Assembly: GCA_965112735.1 (NCBI GenBank)
Contig: OZ218964.1
Coordinates: forward strand, 1,426,001-1,490,000
DNA from: Phaeosaccion multiseriatum
Taxonomy: Eukaryota; Protista; Ochrophyta, other classes
Direction of reading: 5' to 3'
DNA length: 64,000 nt
In this document: in pieces, positions 11,303-32,693 of the stretch
Layout: every line of letters begins with the position of its first letter
Numbering within the stretch: the first letter of the stretch is position 1
Made by a program: the position numbers and the translations under genes
Notes under the pieces: model-generated
What the model was told of the DNA's origin: nothing
The model's input: only the letters and a program-made list of their open reading frames with translations
The model's database searches: none

Positions 11303-12387
11303 GAAAGAGGGGGGACGGGGGGTGGGGGGGATGAGGAGCAGAGCAGCGAGAACGACACACCTCCCCTCCTCTCGCCCTCTCATCCCTCCTCCCTTCCCCT
11401 CCCTTCCCTTCTTCCTCTTGATGCCTCCTCATTCCCTCCCTCACCGTTCTTGAGCCTTCCCCAGGACCACATATCGTCCTTGGTGAGCACAGTGATTTTG
11501 TCATTGATCTTAAAGCTCAGCTGCGACGCCTCCTTGTCGCCTTGGAAGGGGAAGGTCGCCTCCACCTCGTCTCCTTCCGCCACATTCAGAATGAAGGCGC
11601 GGTCCTGGGCAGTGGCAGCAGCAGCAGTAGTAGCAGCAGTAGCGAGTATGGGCGTGTGTGTAGGATGGGGTTCGCTTTGGACAAGTATGCAAAGGGCGGT
11701 AAGACGCAAATTAGGCATTCGCCCCTCGTGCTCGCTGGAAACTCTTCCTTCCCCCCAAGCCCCCTCCCATCCCTTTCCTCCATCTCCTCTCCCTCTTTTA
11801 CGCCCCCCCCCCCCTCCCTCCCTCTCTCATTCTATATCTCTCTCTCGTCTCTCTCTCTCTTCCCTCTCTCTCTCTGCGTTCTATCTTACCAGTGTAGCGT
11901 CTTGAGGCACACCGTCGTGACCTGTCGTCTCCTGAGACCACTGGCCGCCCTCCTAAGAAGCGAGGACCGAGGTGAGGTAGCGCGACCAACATAGGCACGG
12001 GGGGGATGTAAATACCGGGATGGGCGGTCAAGGAACGGGTTGTTAGGCTCATGAGACGGGGAGTGCACAAGCAAGAACCCGCCCAGGCGGCATTGCGGCT
12101 CAATCCTCACACCCTCCCTCGCCGCCACCATGGTCTCCGCGCGACACATCCACGTGAAGTGCCACGACAGCAGGAACCAAGTCTTCCACTGGAACGTGCT
12201 GCTGCGCCAATCTGCCCGCTTTGTCCCTCCCTTTCCTCCCTGTCCCGTGACGGAAGGTTCTCTCACGGATTCCTTTTGCCTCTCCACTTCGCTCCACACT
12301 CACCGCCGCCCCCTTCTCGTCGTGTGCCTGAGCTTGAGCAAGCATAGCCTGGGCCATGACATTACTGCCCGGCGCCTGATCGGCCAT
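4621..12387 (-). CDS. Multi-exon SH3 + RhoGEF (DH) + two PH domain protein with Q/M/G-rich tail
   Basis: Spliced exons give an SH3 (VEATFPFQG..QLSFKINDKITVL..WSWGRL|GDEGWFPHNYV) and a DH domain (RRRIAKELLETEEAYVKSM..SLLIMPIQ|RIPSYQRILEKLL). Two PH domains follow (EGVLLKL..FVLFSD..EKQSW; YFYLFTDVL..EKTKWL). 5' exons are less certain. Confidence 0.85.
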
Positions 12388-12727
12388 CCTCTCCCTCCAC
12401 GCCAACCCGAAGGAGTTGGTGTGTTCCGCCGAGTATCCGCGAGCCTTTCCCTTTTCTCTTCCTCGTCTCTGCCCAAGGCTCAGTGTGCTTCTCTCCAGTC
12501 ACACAACGCAATGCCTACCAGACATGTGCAATCCTTGGTTTTACGCCTCGCTCTCCTGTCTCTTCGTTCCTTCTCCTCTTTAATGGCACCGGCATCTGTC
12601 ATCCGGCCCGTACACCTCTGCATGACGTCCTCATAAAATTTAAATTTGCCCCCTCCCCCCTTAAAGGCCTATTTCGTCTCTTTTTTTTGTTCCCGGCCCA
12701 GCCACATTGGTGAGTTGCGGGGGCAAC

Positions 12728-17935
<5,208 letters not shown>

Positions 17936-18303
17936 GCTCCGAGACCACGTTCAGTTCAGTTCGTTCAATTCCGGTGCCATAGGGAAGAAAGGGAGGATCG
18001 CACGCGAAAATTTCAATTTCAGCTCTGCTGTGGCCACAGTTGGGCCGGCGCCGCCCAAGTTGTGTGATCGTTGCGGCGCCCACCGACTCGTCAGTCTTTT
18101 TTCTTTTTCGTGTTTCTCTTCCTCCTTCTCAAAGATCCTCCACAGACTAGCTTTGAGGTAAGGCCGTGCGCTTGCAGTGCGCACAACGGCGTCGGGGGGG
18201 GGAAGGGGGCAAGCGCTTCCTGATAATCCCCACAAAGCTTTCTCATTTTCTCGCCGTAGTCCTTTCACCCCAATTGAAACACTCTGCTCTGCACCTCCAG
18301 ACC

Positions 18304-22262
<3,959 letters not shown>

Positions 22263-23084
22263 AGGCCAAAGGTGAGAAGCCATGATAGAGCAGCGGCAGC
22301 AGCAGCAGCAGCAGCAGTAGCAGCAGCAAGGGCAGCAGCAGCAGCAGCAGCATAACAACAGCAGCAGCAGCAGAACGGCAGAGTAGCAGGAGCAGCAGCA
22401 GCAGCATGAAGCAGGGCGGGGAGCAGGGACTTCAAAGAAAAGGAAGGAGCAGGAAGGGAAGGAAGGAAGGGAGGGGAGGATTGAACGTCGGCCGGGCAAG
22501 GCCCACAAGGGCCCACAAGGCCATCAGCAGCAGCGGAGAGTGGGCGAGTGGAGGGTGGGAAGTAGGGGGGGGGGGGGTACTGAACGCAACGCACAGACAA
22601 GCAATGGAGCATTGCCCTGTCGAGCCTTTTTGATGGGAGGCGAGAGATGGAGAGAACGTGTTGCTCAATTTTGGGTGTTGTCTTTTGTCTTTTGAGGGGG
22701 GGGGGGGGGGTTGTCTCGTTACCATAGAACGGCCCAAAGCGTGTTGGTTGGTGAGAAGTCTCCGTGAGCGCGTTTATTGTTTTGTCGTTCGGCCGTGCGT
22801 CAAAAGGATGTGAGTGTGTGTGGTGGGGGGGGGGAGGGGAAGGGAGGCACAAGCAAGCAGGAAGGAGGAAGGGAACGTGGAGAGAGAGGTGGACGGTGAC
22901 GGGCCCATGGTCCGCGTGTAAAGCAAAAGCCTTGAAAGAATCTACCCTTTTTCTCTCTCTCTATACGCTGCGTGTAGGCCTACATAGGGTTGTTGGCGAG
23001 TTGGACAAGACTGGAACGCATGGACACAGTATGTCCTACACAGGGAGTAATCGGCCCTGGAAGAGGTTACAGTATTCGCCGACC

Positions 23085-23293
23085 ATAATCAGTAACCAGG
23101 CCGGCTGGCGCCAATAATCAGTAATCAGGCCGGCTAGCGCCCGTCATAATCAGTAATCAGGCCGGCTGGCGCCGGTCATAATCAGTAATCAGACCCGGCT
23201 GGCGCCGGCCATAATCAGTAATCAGGCCCGGCTGGCGCCATAGTCAGTAATCAGGCCGGCTGGCGCCGGCAGTAATCAGTAAGCATAATCAGT
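23085..23293. repeat. Intergenic tandem repeat, ~6 units of 29-33 bp (ATAATCAGTAATCAGGCCGGCTGGCGCC[GGC]) plus a partial unit
   Basis: Directly visible; units differ by small indels and substitutions; no unique spacers. Confidence 0.92.
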
Positions 23294-23413
23294 TTTTAGG
23301 GCTGAGAGTAAGAGAGAGAGAGGAAAAATGGGAGTCGACTTTTAAGATCGATGCCTCCCCTTCCTCGCCTGGTTTTTTCATCAATTCAACGATCATTCAA
23401 CATAATACAAAGA

Positions 23414-24017
23414 ATGTACCTCTTCCAAGCAATTGCTCTCTGCCTCGCGCTGGCCGCGTCTGTGTCGGCTTTCGTGCCCACGATTTGTAGCGGCAATGGC
23501 CTTCGTACCCATCATCAAAGGCAGCAGCTGACAACCTCGTTGAAGATGGGTGTGTCGCCGCTGGACGTCCAGCACGTGCTGTCCACGGTAAGGGCGGGAC
23601 TGCACTCGCGAGTGCGTCTGATGGAGTTCGTAGCTTGAGTGTGCGCTCTCGTGTGCTCTATCCATTTTTTCCACACTGTTTGTTTGTTCCTTCTGTTGGG
23701 GTCGATGGCGCCACATACATGCACACACACAGACAGAGACCCGCAACCTCACACTTCCTCCGCCCCCCTCTTCTGAATCTTACTGTCCCCCCGCCCCACA
23801 GGTCTTAATCGCAGGCTCTGCGGCTGATGCCGGTGTTGAGCCTGGCACAGTTGCGGCCCCGGACTTTGTTCTTCCCCTTGGTGCCGCTCTGGTTGTGCTT
23901 ACCGCGGGTGTCATTCCGCTTTTGCTCAAGCCTGGAGATGATGCGGCTCGCGAGATGCAGGAGCGCGACCAGGATAGTTTCGGAGAGAACCCCCAGGAGA
24001 CTTTGAAAAGGAAATAG
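23414..24017 (+). CDS. Small (~129 aa) plastid-targeted single-pass membrane protein of unknown function
   Basis: Signal peptide ending VSA|FVP (ASAFAP-type); intron 23588-23801; hydrophobic segment FVLPLGAALVVLTAGVIPLLL followed by KPG and a charged tail; TAG at 24015-24017. Confidence 0.82.
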
Positions 24018-24301
24018 GGAAGGAGAGGAGAGGAGACGGACAGCATAGGGAAGGAGAGGAGAGGAGCCGGACAGCCCCCCCCCCCCCCCCTGGGTTAAAT
24101 TCTATACATATTGTGTGTACACACGGGTTATTATACATAGATCAATGTCAGCAGACTTGGAGTGGTGCTGGCCATCATGCAATGATGAGGGCAGCGGCAG
24201 CAAGAACACCAACCCTTCCCCCTTGAGACAAGTTAGTTGTCTACTTTTTTTCTTAATTCAAAAGAATGATTTCAATGCAAACGATGGACAAGACAAGAGT
24301 A

Positions 24302-25679
24302 CTATGATGAGGCAGGCGAGAGAGCTGCGGAGACGGCCCGAGCCGAGAGAGCCTGAGCCCAAGCAATGTCCTTGGGACTGAAGGCCCTCGCCTTATTGGA
24401 GCCGAGCACCACCACCCCCTCACCGTCCAGTACGGGTAACAGCACACAGCACTGGCAGTTGTCGGGCAGGCAGGTGAACTCCACCTTGCCGGGCAGCGTC
24501 TGCATGGCTGCGAGGTACGTGACGTCAGGCTGCCCGACCCCCGATCCCATCTGACTGCCTTTACTTCTCGCGCTGCTGCCGCTGCCGTTGCTGGCTCTCT
24601 CCTTGGCCTCACGCAGCACTTTGCTCACAATGGGAGCTTCCGTGTTGACCTCGGCCACGCTACCCATGACTCCGAAGCGCGCAATGGTCTCGCCGTTGTG
24701 GTGGATGAGGACAGACGTTGCCGGAGAGGACTGCATGAGGCTGGAGCACAACCACCGCAGCTCTCCCTCCGCAATAATGCTACTAGAACTACTACTACTG
24801 CTACTGCTGCTGCTACTGCTGCTCGTTTCCGGGGCTCCTGGCAGACTAATCTCCTGTTCAAAGGTGCCGACTAGCTTGACTGTTTCCGCCTCGCGAAGAG
24901 TCAAGTCCTGTCGGAGAGGAAGGGGAGAAATGAAGCAGGGTGAGACACACAAAGACCAGAGGGTGGAAGGAAGCGGACGAAAGAGGGCGACACGAGGTTT
25001 CTTTGGAGGTACCGCCTGCGCAAGGAGAGCCACTCCGATATCCCCCCCCGAGTCGTCCCGCTCGCCAGGCCGTGACTGCACAGGGGAACGACGGGGTCGC
25101 TGCGCCCCAGCTCCTCCTCTTCTTCCTAGCTACTGGCGTACGCACCAGCAGATAAATGCCATTCATGACCAGAGTGAGCGTGGCGAATACGCCCAGCAGA
25201 TCTGTTCTGGCTTGCGAGTCGAAGAGGGTGGGCGTCGCTAGCAGCCTGTTCAGCGCGATCATTAACACTCCCACGCTTCCCACCCCCAACGAAAACTTGG
25301 ACCCTGTGAAGACTTGCAACGGAGAGGCGGAAGGGTCTGGGATGCTGCTGCTGCTCTCGCTGCTGCTAGTTCCGGACGCATTCGCTCTGCTCGGGTGGAG
25401 TGCTCTCCTTCTCCTTCTTCCACCCTCTCTCCTCTCTGCCCAAATGTCCGCGCTTCGCTGTTGCATGAACGGAACCCCCCATGGAAGCGGTGCTGCTGTT
25501 GCCGCTGGTGTCGTTGCTTTCACTGACCCTCCTCCACGTGAAGACGATGTTGGAGTGGTCTTTGCACATGGCCCATGGAGAGTGAATCCCGTTCCAACAC
25601 TCGTAAGCACACCGAGGGCCCAGAAAGCCTGCAGTCCAGTGCTGCTGCTCAGACCACTTCTTCTCCAGCGCTTACCCAT
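24302..25679 (-). CDS. Cofactor assembly of complex C subunit B (CCB2/CCB4 family; heme ci attachment to cytochrome b6)
   Basis: Two exons; LNRL..SQARTDLLGV, ELRW, YLAAMQTLPGKVEF..LP.N.Q, VLGSNKARAFSPKDIAW; N-terminal targeting-like extension. CCB2 versus CCB4 not resolved. Confidence 0.85.
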
Positions 25680-25833
25680 CGAGAAAGGATGAATGAATGC
25701 TATTGCTACTGAGCTGGAAGGGCGGACCGGGCAGAAAGGGGAGAAAGTCGTTAGCAACAGGCTGGCGCAGGAAGTTGCAACATTCTAACTGTAAAGCCCT
25801 CTCCCTCTAGATGGGCCCAGCCTCCTAAAAAAC

Positions 25834-26381
25834 ATGTTGACAGGCACCAGTTTCAAAGAAAAAATTATCCAGGCCACCACCGGGGGGGGGAGAGCCATCC
25901 CCGCACCCTCCTGTGGGCATTCTTTCGGAGTCCGAGCCCCTCAGCCCGCGTGGTCCGATTCAGAAGTTTCCATATGCAGAGGGTCCCTGCTTCTGCGGGA
26001 AGAGCAACAGCAAACGGGCGGGAGCAGTGGCGATGAGAAGCGGAAAGAGGTAAGGCCTACGTTCTCCTTTTCTCTTTTGGCGAAGAACAACGCCGCCCTC
26101 ACATTTTATCGTTTCCGCCGATATATGTCATAGGAGTGGAAGCGGCATTGCTGCAGCTTGGTTCCTCGCACCCTCCTGTACATCTACGACGCTGAAGATC
26201 CGACTACTCCGACCGGCGTTTTAGATATCGAGTGCTTCAAGAGGGTGGAGCTCCTGGATGGTGAGAACAGAAAGCTCTGTGAAGTCTCCGATCGGCCAGG
26301 CCTGGGAGCTTTATGTTCAAGCCCGGCCTAATCGCGTTTGCGCGCGCTCTCTCTCTCTCTCTCTCTGTCTCTCTGTCTGTC

Positions 26382-26432
<51 letters not shown>

Positions 26433-27794
26433 ATCTCTGTGTGTGTATATGTCTCCCTCTCTCTCTTTGTCTCTGTGCGGCGCCATCGCAAACCAAATAG
26501 ACGACACCATCCACCTCGTTTCAGATGACGCAACCGCTGGAGAGCTGCCAGCAGCAGCAGTGCCAGTCAGCGATGTGCGAAAAGGGGTGGCGGCAGATAC
26601 TACAGGGGGGCGAAAGGAGGACGAAAGTACAGCGGCGCGCGAGGTGCCTCGGCCCGAAGGAGGGCCCCCCCGAGGGCATCGCGGTGTCTTCTGCCGCGTG
26701 GAGGGAAGGAGGCGGAAGGAGAGAGAGCAGCAAGTGGCTGTGTGGTGGAGCTCACTACACCCTCGGGAGAGCACGCTGAAAACAGTGCGCGAGGAGAGGG
26801 ACGTGTACAGGCAGCTCCAGGGTGACTATGAAGAAGAGGTGGGCCAATTTTACCTCCTTCCTCCTTGCCTACTTAACCTACCTACCAAGGTGCTATTCAC
26901 TCTGACGTGTGACCCCCGTCAGAAAGCATGCTCCTCACTTCCCTCCTCTGTCTATTATTTCTTCCCTCGAGAGAGAGAGAAATCTTTGCCCCTCATTACA
27001 CTTCACCCACTCAACACGCAACATGCCTGCACTTGCAGCTCAACAAGGTGACCGATGAAAGGGACGAGGCAAGGCGAGCGGTGGGAGAGGCCAGGGCAGA
27101 CGCTGCCGTCCTTCGGGACAATGAGCGACAGTGCTCACGTCTAGTTCGGGACTATCAACAGCTGCTGAAGACGAAGGGAGAAGCCGCGGTGGGGGCAGAG
27201 AGAGAGGAGGAAGAAGCACCAGACGTTTGGGTGGTAGAGGATACGGATCCGTCCAAGAGGAGCGGCGACAGTGATGATATTGATGATGAAGGGGAGGAGG
27301 TAAGAGGGAAGACACTCTGGTTCAGAAGCAGCAGCGTCCCAGTCATGAGGGCCGATCGGATGACGATGAGCAATAGCCCTGTAGGAGGTAGGTCGTGGTG
27401 GGGCGGCAGCGGCGGCCTCAAGAGGACCAGCACTGCTCTGTGTGCTGCTGCAATAGGCAGCACGAGGTTACCACCATCCTCTCGCGGTGGTGGGAGTGAT
27501 GGTGGTAGTGGAGCAGTCGTAGGCGATACAAATCGATTGGGGGAGTCAATGTTGGCACTGGGTAGCCTGCTGAAAGAAACGTTGGCCGAGAACGAGCGGC
27601 TGAGAGCGTCACTGAGAGCGGCACGGGAGCGGGAGCAGCAGCAGGAGGGAGAGCTACAGGCCGTCAGAGAGGCGTGCGAGAAGAAGGAGGACGCGGCGCG
27701 ACTGCTAGTCGAGGCTGCGGAGGGACATATACTCGCTCGTACGAAGGTGAGCGAATGACAGATTCGGGAGGGTCGGGAGAGCTTGTGTGTATAT

Positions 27795-27827
<33 letters not shown>

Positions 27828-28790
27828 AGCGCGTGTGCTTGCTCCAGCTTGCCCGCCCTCCCTGAACGGAGGCATCACCCTCTGCGCGCCCCTGCCTCTC
27901 GCTTCTACACTCGCAGCGCCCCTCACCCCCCCCCTTCTCGCTCGCCCCAAATGCATATGTCGATCCCCCCATCCCCCCCCCGGGCCCCCGAACCCACACG
28001 CACGCACGCACGCACACATGCACGCAGGAGCTAAGCCTGGCTTGCACCGAAAGAGACACGTGTCGCAGCAGCCTCGATGCAATGACGGAGGCGTGTGGCC
28101 AGGCGCAGGGGAAGGCAGTGGAGCTTGTGGAGCAGCGGCGGGTGCTTGTCAACGAAGTCAAGGTGCTGAGGCGGCAAAGCGAGGGGCTGGTCAAGGATCT
28201 GCAGCAGAAGGACGAGGTGGTGCAGCGCCTGGCTGGGGCCTATGAGTCGCTCGAGCACAAGATTGTTGCCCCGCAGCCACAACAGTTGGTGATTCAGCAG
28301 AAGCAGCAGCAGCAGCAGCAGCAGGAAGAGGAGGAAGAAGAGGAGGAGGAGGAGGAGGAGCAGAAGGAGGAGGAGGAGAAGGAGGAGGAGGAGGAGCGGC
28401 GGAGGCAGGCTGCAACCTCTACCGCAGCCGAAGGTGGGGATACATCGTCTGTGTCCGAGCCTGACCACTCTTCGTCTCCATTGCTCGCCGAGAGTGCTCA
28501 CCAGGACGAGGGAGGAAGATCCAGTGAAGAGATCAGTGGGTATGCGGGCGACGATGGCGTCGATGGCGATGACTCGTTGCGCCTTCTTTCTCGCCCGGAG
28601 GAAGAGGCACCCAGCAGCCCCCTCTCTGCCACTTGGAGCTTCCGAAATTTAAACCTCTTTGGGAGCGGTGTTCGAAAGAACTCGTTGCTTGGAGGGTCGG
28701 CTGGGGTTGGGGTCGCGGCTGGTGCGCATGTTGGTGCACCAGCGGAGGAGAGGAGTCGCCGGCAGGCGAGGGAGGAGGAGGAGGAGGAGA

Positions 28791-28828
<38 letters not shown>

Positions 28829-28918
28829 AGTGAGGTGCTCGTCTTGTACAGGCGGGGCGTGGAAGGCCCCTACAGCGCCGAGCCTGTGGCCAGGAGCATG
28901 CCCACACAGTGTCGGTAA
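25834..28918 (+). CDS. PH-domain and coiled-coil protein (multi-exon)
   Basis: CRGSLLLRE|EWKRHCCSLVPRTLLYIYD..PTGVLDI..W (PH-like strands and terminal Trp helix), then heptad-rich segments incl. RRVLVNEVKVLRRQ. 3' end tentative. Confidence 0.7.
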
Positions 28919-29384
28919 CAGAGGGAGAGGAGGAGGAGGAGGAGGCGGAGGAGGAGGAGGAGGAGGAGGAGGAGGAGGAGGAGGAGGAGGAGGAGGAGAT
29001 GGTCCAGCTCCAGCGTCTGGTGGCCCACAAAGGTGTGGACCTAAGTCAGAGACTCTTCCACCCCCCGCAGGCAGGAGCAGCAGCTTTCTGCGTCTGAGGA
29101 CCCACACGAGACAGAATGAGGACTCGCATGAATTTTTTTATTTGTTTTTTTGCACAGAAGGAGGTCTATATTCGTATTACGATAAACACAAAGGTCAGAT
29201 ACCCACGTGCGCCATTAAGTGCCTTCTCCTCGCCATAAAGACATGCGGCCCGTTAGCGCAACACCATAACGGACGGACGCTGCTTCTCTTCTCCTCCTCC
29301 TCCTCCTCCTCCAATGCGAAAGCTTGCTTGTCTTCCTCTTCAGCAGCACTCTCCGCCTGCCTGACTGACGTTCTTCCCCTCCCC

Positions 29385-31337
29385 TCAACAGCACCCCCCG
29401 GCTGACGCTGCCGCAGCCCCTCCTGCCGCCGATGAGGACGCGCTCTCGAAAGGCGTATCATGGCCACAGCCCGCGAAGGGCCCGAAGTGTGTCTTACCCT
29501 CCCCGATGAAGTCAAAGTGCTTAGCGAAGCGAGTGCTCTGGTTACAGAATGAAAACACCGGGGACGGGGAGGCGGGGGGCGGGGGTTGAAGAGAGGGTGA
29601 AACAGATTGAAAGGCGTACACTGTACACGGACTACTTTGGCACTCCACTCCCACCCCCATGTCCGTCGCTGTGGGTCATTGTTACCTTGCACATGTGGAG
29701 AGTGTTCTTACACACGGGAAACACCCTGCCGGTCTGCATGTCATGGTGGTTATCCAGCTTGAAGCTCAGGGGGGCCGTGTCGATGGTGCCCTGAGCATTT
29801 GCCATTTGGAGGGTGTGAGAGCCCCCGACAAGCAGATAGGGCAGAACAGGACAGGACAGGATCAGCCAAATAATAAGAGCCTCATTATACAAGTACAGGT
29901 AGTCACGAGCCCCCCCCCAGTTGCTGATGTTGACTTTCTTTCTCTCTCGCTATCTCTCCCTCTCTCCCTCCATCTCTCTCTCCTCTCTCCCGCTCTCTCT
30001 CCCTCTCCCTCGCCCTCTCTCTTTGTCCCGAACCTTGTATATGACTGCCTCTCCGTAGTCCTCGCACTTGTAGTCGAGTTCCGGCAGCTTGAACAGGCGG
30101 TACGTGGCGCTGAAGAAGTTGATGTGCCCCACCTGACAATCATCACAAGGACAGGGAGAGAAGAAAAGAGAAGCGAACGGGTACGCAACAAAGGTGAGGG
30201 CCTTAAATGAGGCAAGAGGTATGAGACACGTCATAGACAGTGAGAGGGGCCATGCAGCCCTACATAGGGCAGCAGGGGCAGCAGGACCAGCAGGAGCAGC
30301 AGCAGGAGTAGCAGCAGCAGCAGAGCCGGAAGGGAAAGCCCGCAAAAGTTTCCAGTCTCGTTCCGCTTCAGCGCCACGCACTCACATGACAGCACCACAC
30401 ACCCACACCCACGCACGCACGCACGTACGCACAACACGTACCTTCTCCTCAATCTTCTTGTTGCTGATGGTGATGCGGCTGTCGCTGACGAGGCGGGGGT
30501 CGTTGAAGCCGTGCTTCTTTGACAAGTGAACGAAGTCGCTCCAGTACAGGGCCCCGCTTAAGCACTCTCCAAACAGCACGGGGTCGTTCACCAGCTCCTG
30601 CGGTACCCGCCTGTGTGCGTACGTGCGTGTGTGTGTGCGTGGGTTTGGTTGGCAGTATCGTCGCATTGCATTCGAACGAGACATTGAAGGTCGCGAGTGC
30701 ATGGGTGGTAGGTGGGTTGAGCATGTGTGGTGTGAGGGAGGAGGGAGAAGGGTCGCTTACTCCGTAGCTAGTCTTTGATTTGAGATTCGAGGGTGGTCAG
30801 GCAGGCAGCAGGGCATCCCTCTCTTCCCGTCGTCCCCTGTCCATCCGCCCTGGAGCAAAGAGGCCTTTGAGGGAAACACGCAACACACAGCCCCCCCCCT
30901 CATCGTCCCTTGTTTGATACATACAGATGCAAGATTGCGGGGCACTGCCACAACGCTTCCACATACCCCTCCCCCCCCCCCTCTGCTGCTCCGTATCACC
31001 AACTGCTGCATGCCGAACGACTACCTCACCTGTCGGAGTACACGTCGGAGAAGTAGAGCTCTCCCCCGGGCTTGAGTACGCGATAGGCCTCGCGGAGAAC
31101 GGCGTCCTGTACATACACGGGAGAGAGGGAGGAGGGAGGAGGCAGGGGTGGCGCGTGAGTCAGACTTCCACTGCAGATTGGAAGATTCGTCCCGGTGTCT
31201 TACGAGGCAGCAAAGAAGATGCAGGTAATGCGTCGCAGCATCATCAAGAGGTTCGACAGCAAGCTTTTAGCGATCATTCGGGACCAGGAAGGGCGAAAGA
31301 CAGATGGCAAGTGATGATGGAGAGAGAGCTTAACTCC

Positions 31338-31382
<45 letters not shown>

Positions 31383-32502
31383 ACTGACCTTATCCGGCGA
31401 GAGGTTGATGACGCAGTTGCTGACGATGACGTCAAAGTAGTTGTCGGGTAGGTCCAGCTCGTCGAGCTTCTCAATGTAGCCCTTCTTAAACACGGTGTTG
31501 GGCTTGGAGTACCCGAAGCTCTTGGCGTGGAAGTCCACGTGCTTGTTGGCCACAGCCAGCTGCAGCGTTGGGGGGGGGGTATGGGAGGGGGGGGGGAGGG
31601 AGGGAAGGTTTCGGCACTTGGGATAGGAAGAATGAGATAGATGAAGACAAGAGGCTTTTGGAGGGGTACAGAATGGAGGACAGCTACACGACTGGACTGA
31701 GAGCGGCCATTGGAATTTCCCAAGCACGAAACAAAGAGTCCGTGGGGGTGTGGCGTGTGGGAAATAGCCCACATGGGGCAGTGGGGATAGTCCCGGGTCA
31801 ATACTTGGAGCTTCGGGACGTTACCCTCCCCCCCGCTCCGTCCGCTCTCACCTGCTCGTCCGTCATGTCGACGCCGATGACATTCCCGTTCTCTCCCACC
31901 AGCTTGCTGATGATGTAGCAGTCCCTGCCTGCCCCGCAGCCCAGGTCCAGCACGTTGCAGCCTTCCAACTCATCCGGCATGACAATGCCGCACCCGTAAT
32001 ACTTGGCAATCACCTCGTCATTGAGCAGTGGCATGACATCCTTCACGTGCTGCGGCATGTTGGAGCTGGTAGTGCACGCATTGGTCTGAAGGTCGTCGCT
32101 CTGGCTCAGCACCTTCCCGTAGTAGTCCTGCACGCTAGAGAGGGTTGCATCCGGGGCGTTGGGGTCGCCCAAGCCGACCATGGAGGCAATTCCTTTCGCT
32201 ACACTCTCAGAGGCTCCAGAGTCTTTCTCACTCGTCGTCGGGGCTGTGGTGGACGGCCCACAACATGAGGAAGAAGAGGACTCGGAAGCCTTGCAGCTCA
32301 TGATGGACCGCTGCGACGCTGCCGGTGCTGCCGCTCCTCCCTTTAGAGGACTACTGTTCGGGTTGGCTCCTCCCACGAAGCCGCGCACGGAGCTGCTCTG
32401 GATCAGCCCGCAAACAAGCGCAAGTTTGACTTGGGCACCAAATCTGCTTGTGCTACTGCTTAATGCTTTCTTGGCTTGCGTGCGCATCAGAAGGGGCAGC
32501 AT
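29385..32502 (-). CDS. AS3MT: Arsenite S-adenosylmethionine methyltransferase (AS3MT/ArsM family), multi-exon
   Basis: VQDYYGKVL..DLQTNAC, YYGCG, VLDLGCGAGRDCY, IGVDMTDEQ, VSNCVINL, RVLKPGGELYFSDVY, GECLSGALY, SATYRLFKL, terminal GGCC. Confidence 0.95.
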
Positions 32503-32582
32503 GTAGGTAAAAAATGTGGGGGGGGGGGAAAGAGAGAATCAGGATATCCTATTATTAGGGAGAGAGAGGAAAAAATCGATAT

Positions 32583-32618
32583 AGTCGATATTGAATTTAT
32601 TTAATTTCAATATCGACT
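32583..32618. promoter_or_regulatory. AT-rich inverted repeat (13-bp perfect arms, 10-nt centre) upstream of AS3MT
   Basis: AGTCGATATTGAA-tttatttaat-TTCAATATCGACT is visible; its function is inferred only from position. Confidence 0.55.
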
Positions 32619-32693
32619 TTCCCTTTCCATGCTACGGTACTGTACTGTACAATTTCGCTTTGAGATAGAGTTTGTCGACGTTCACTCATTCAC

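Noticed and set aside
23085-23293. Possible CRISPR or telomeric array
   Set aside because: No unique spacers, and not TTAGGG/TTTAGGG units.
29385-32502. Recent bacterial horizontal transfer of arsM
   Set aside because: Six host-style spliceosomal introns and a eukaryotic AS3MT-type C-terminal region.
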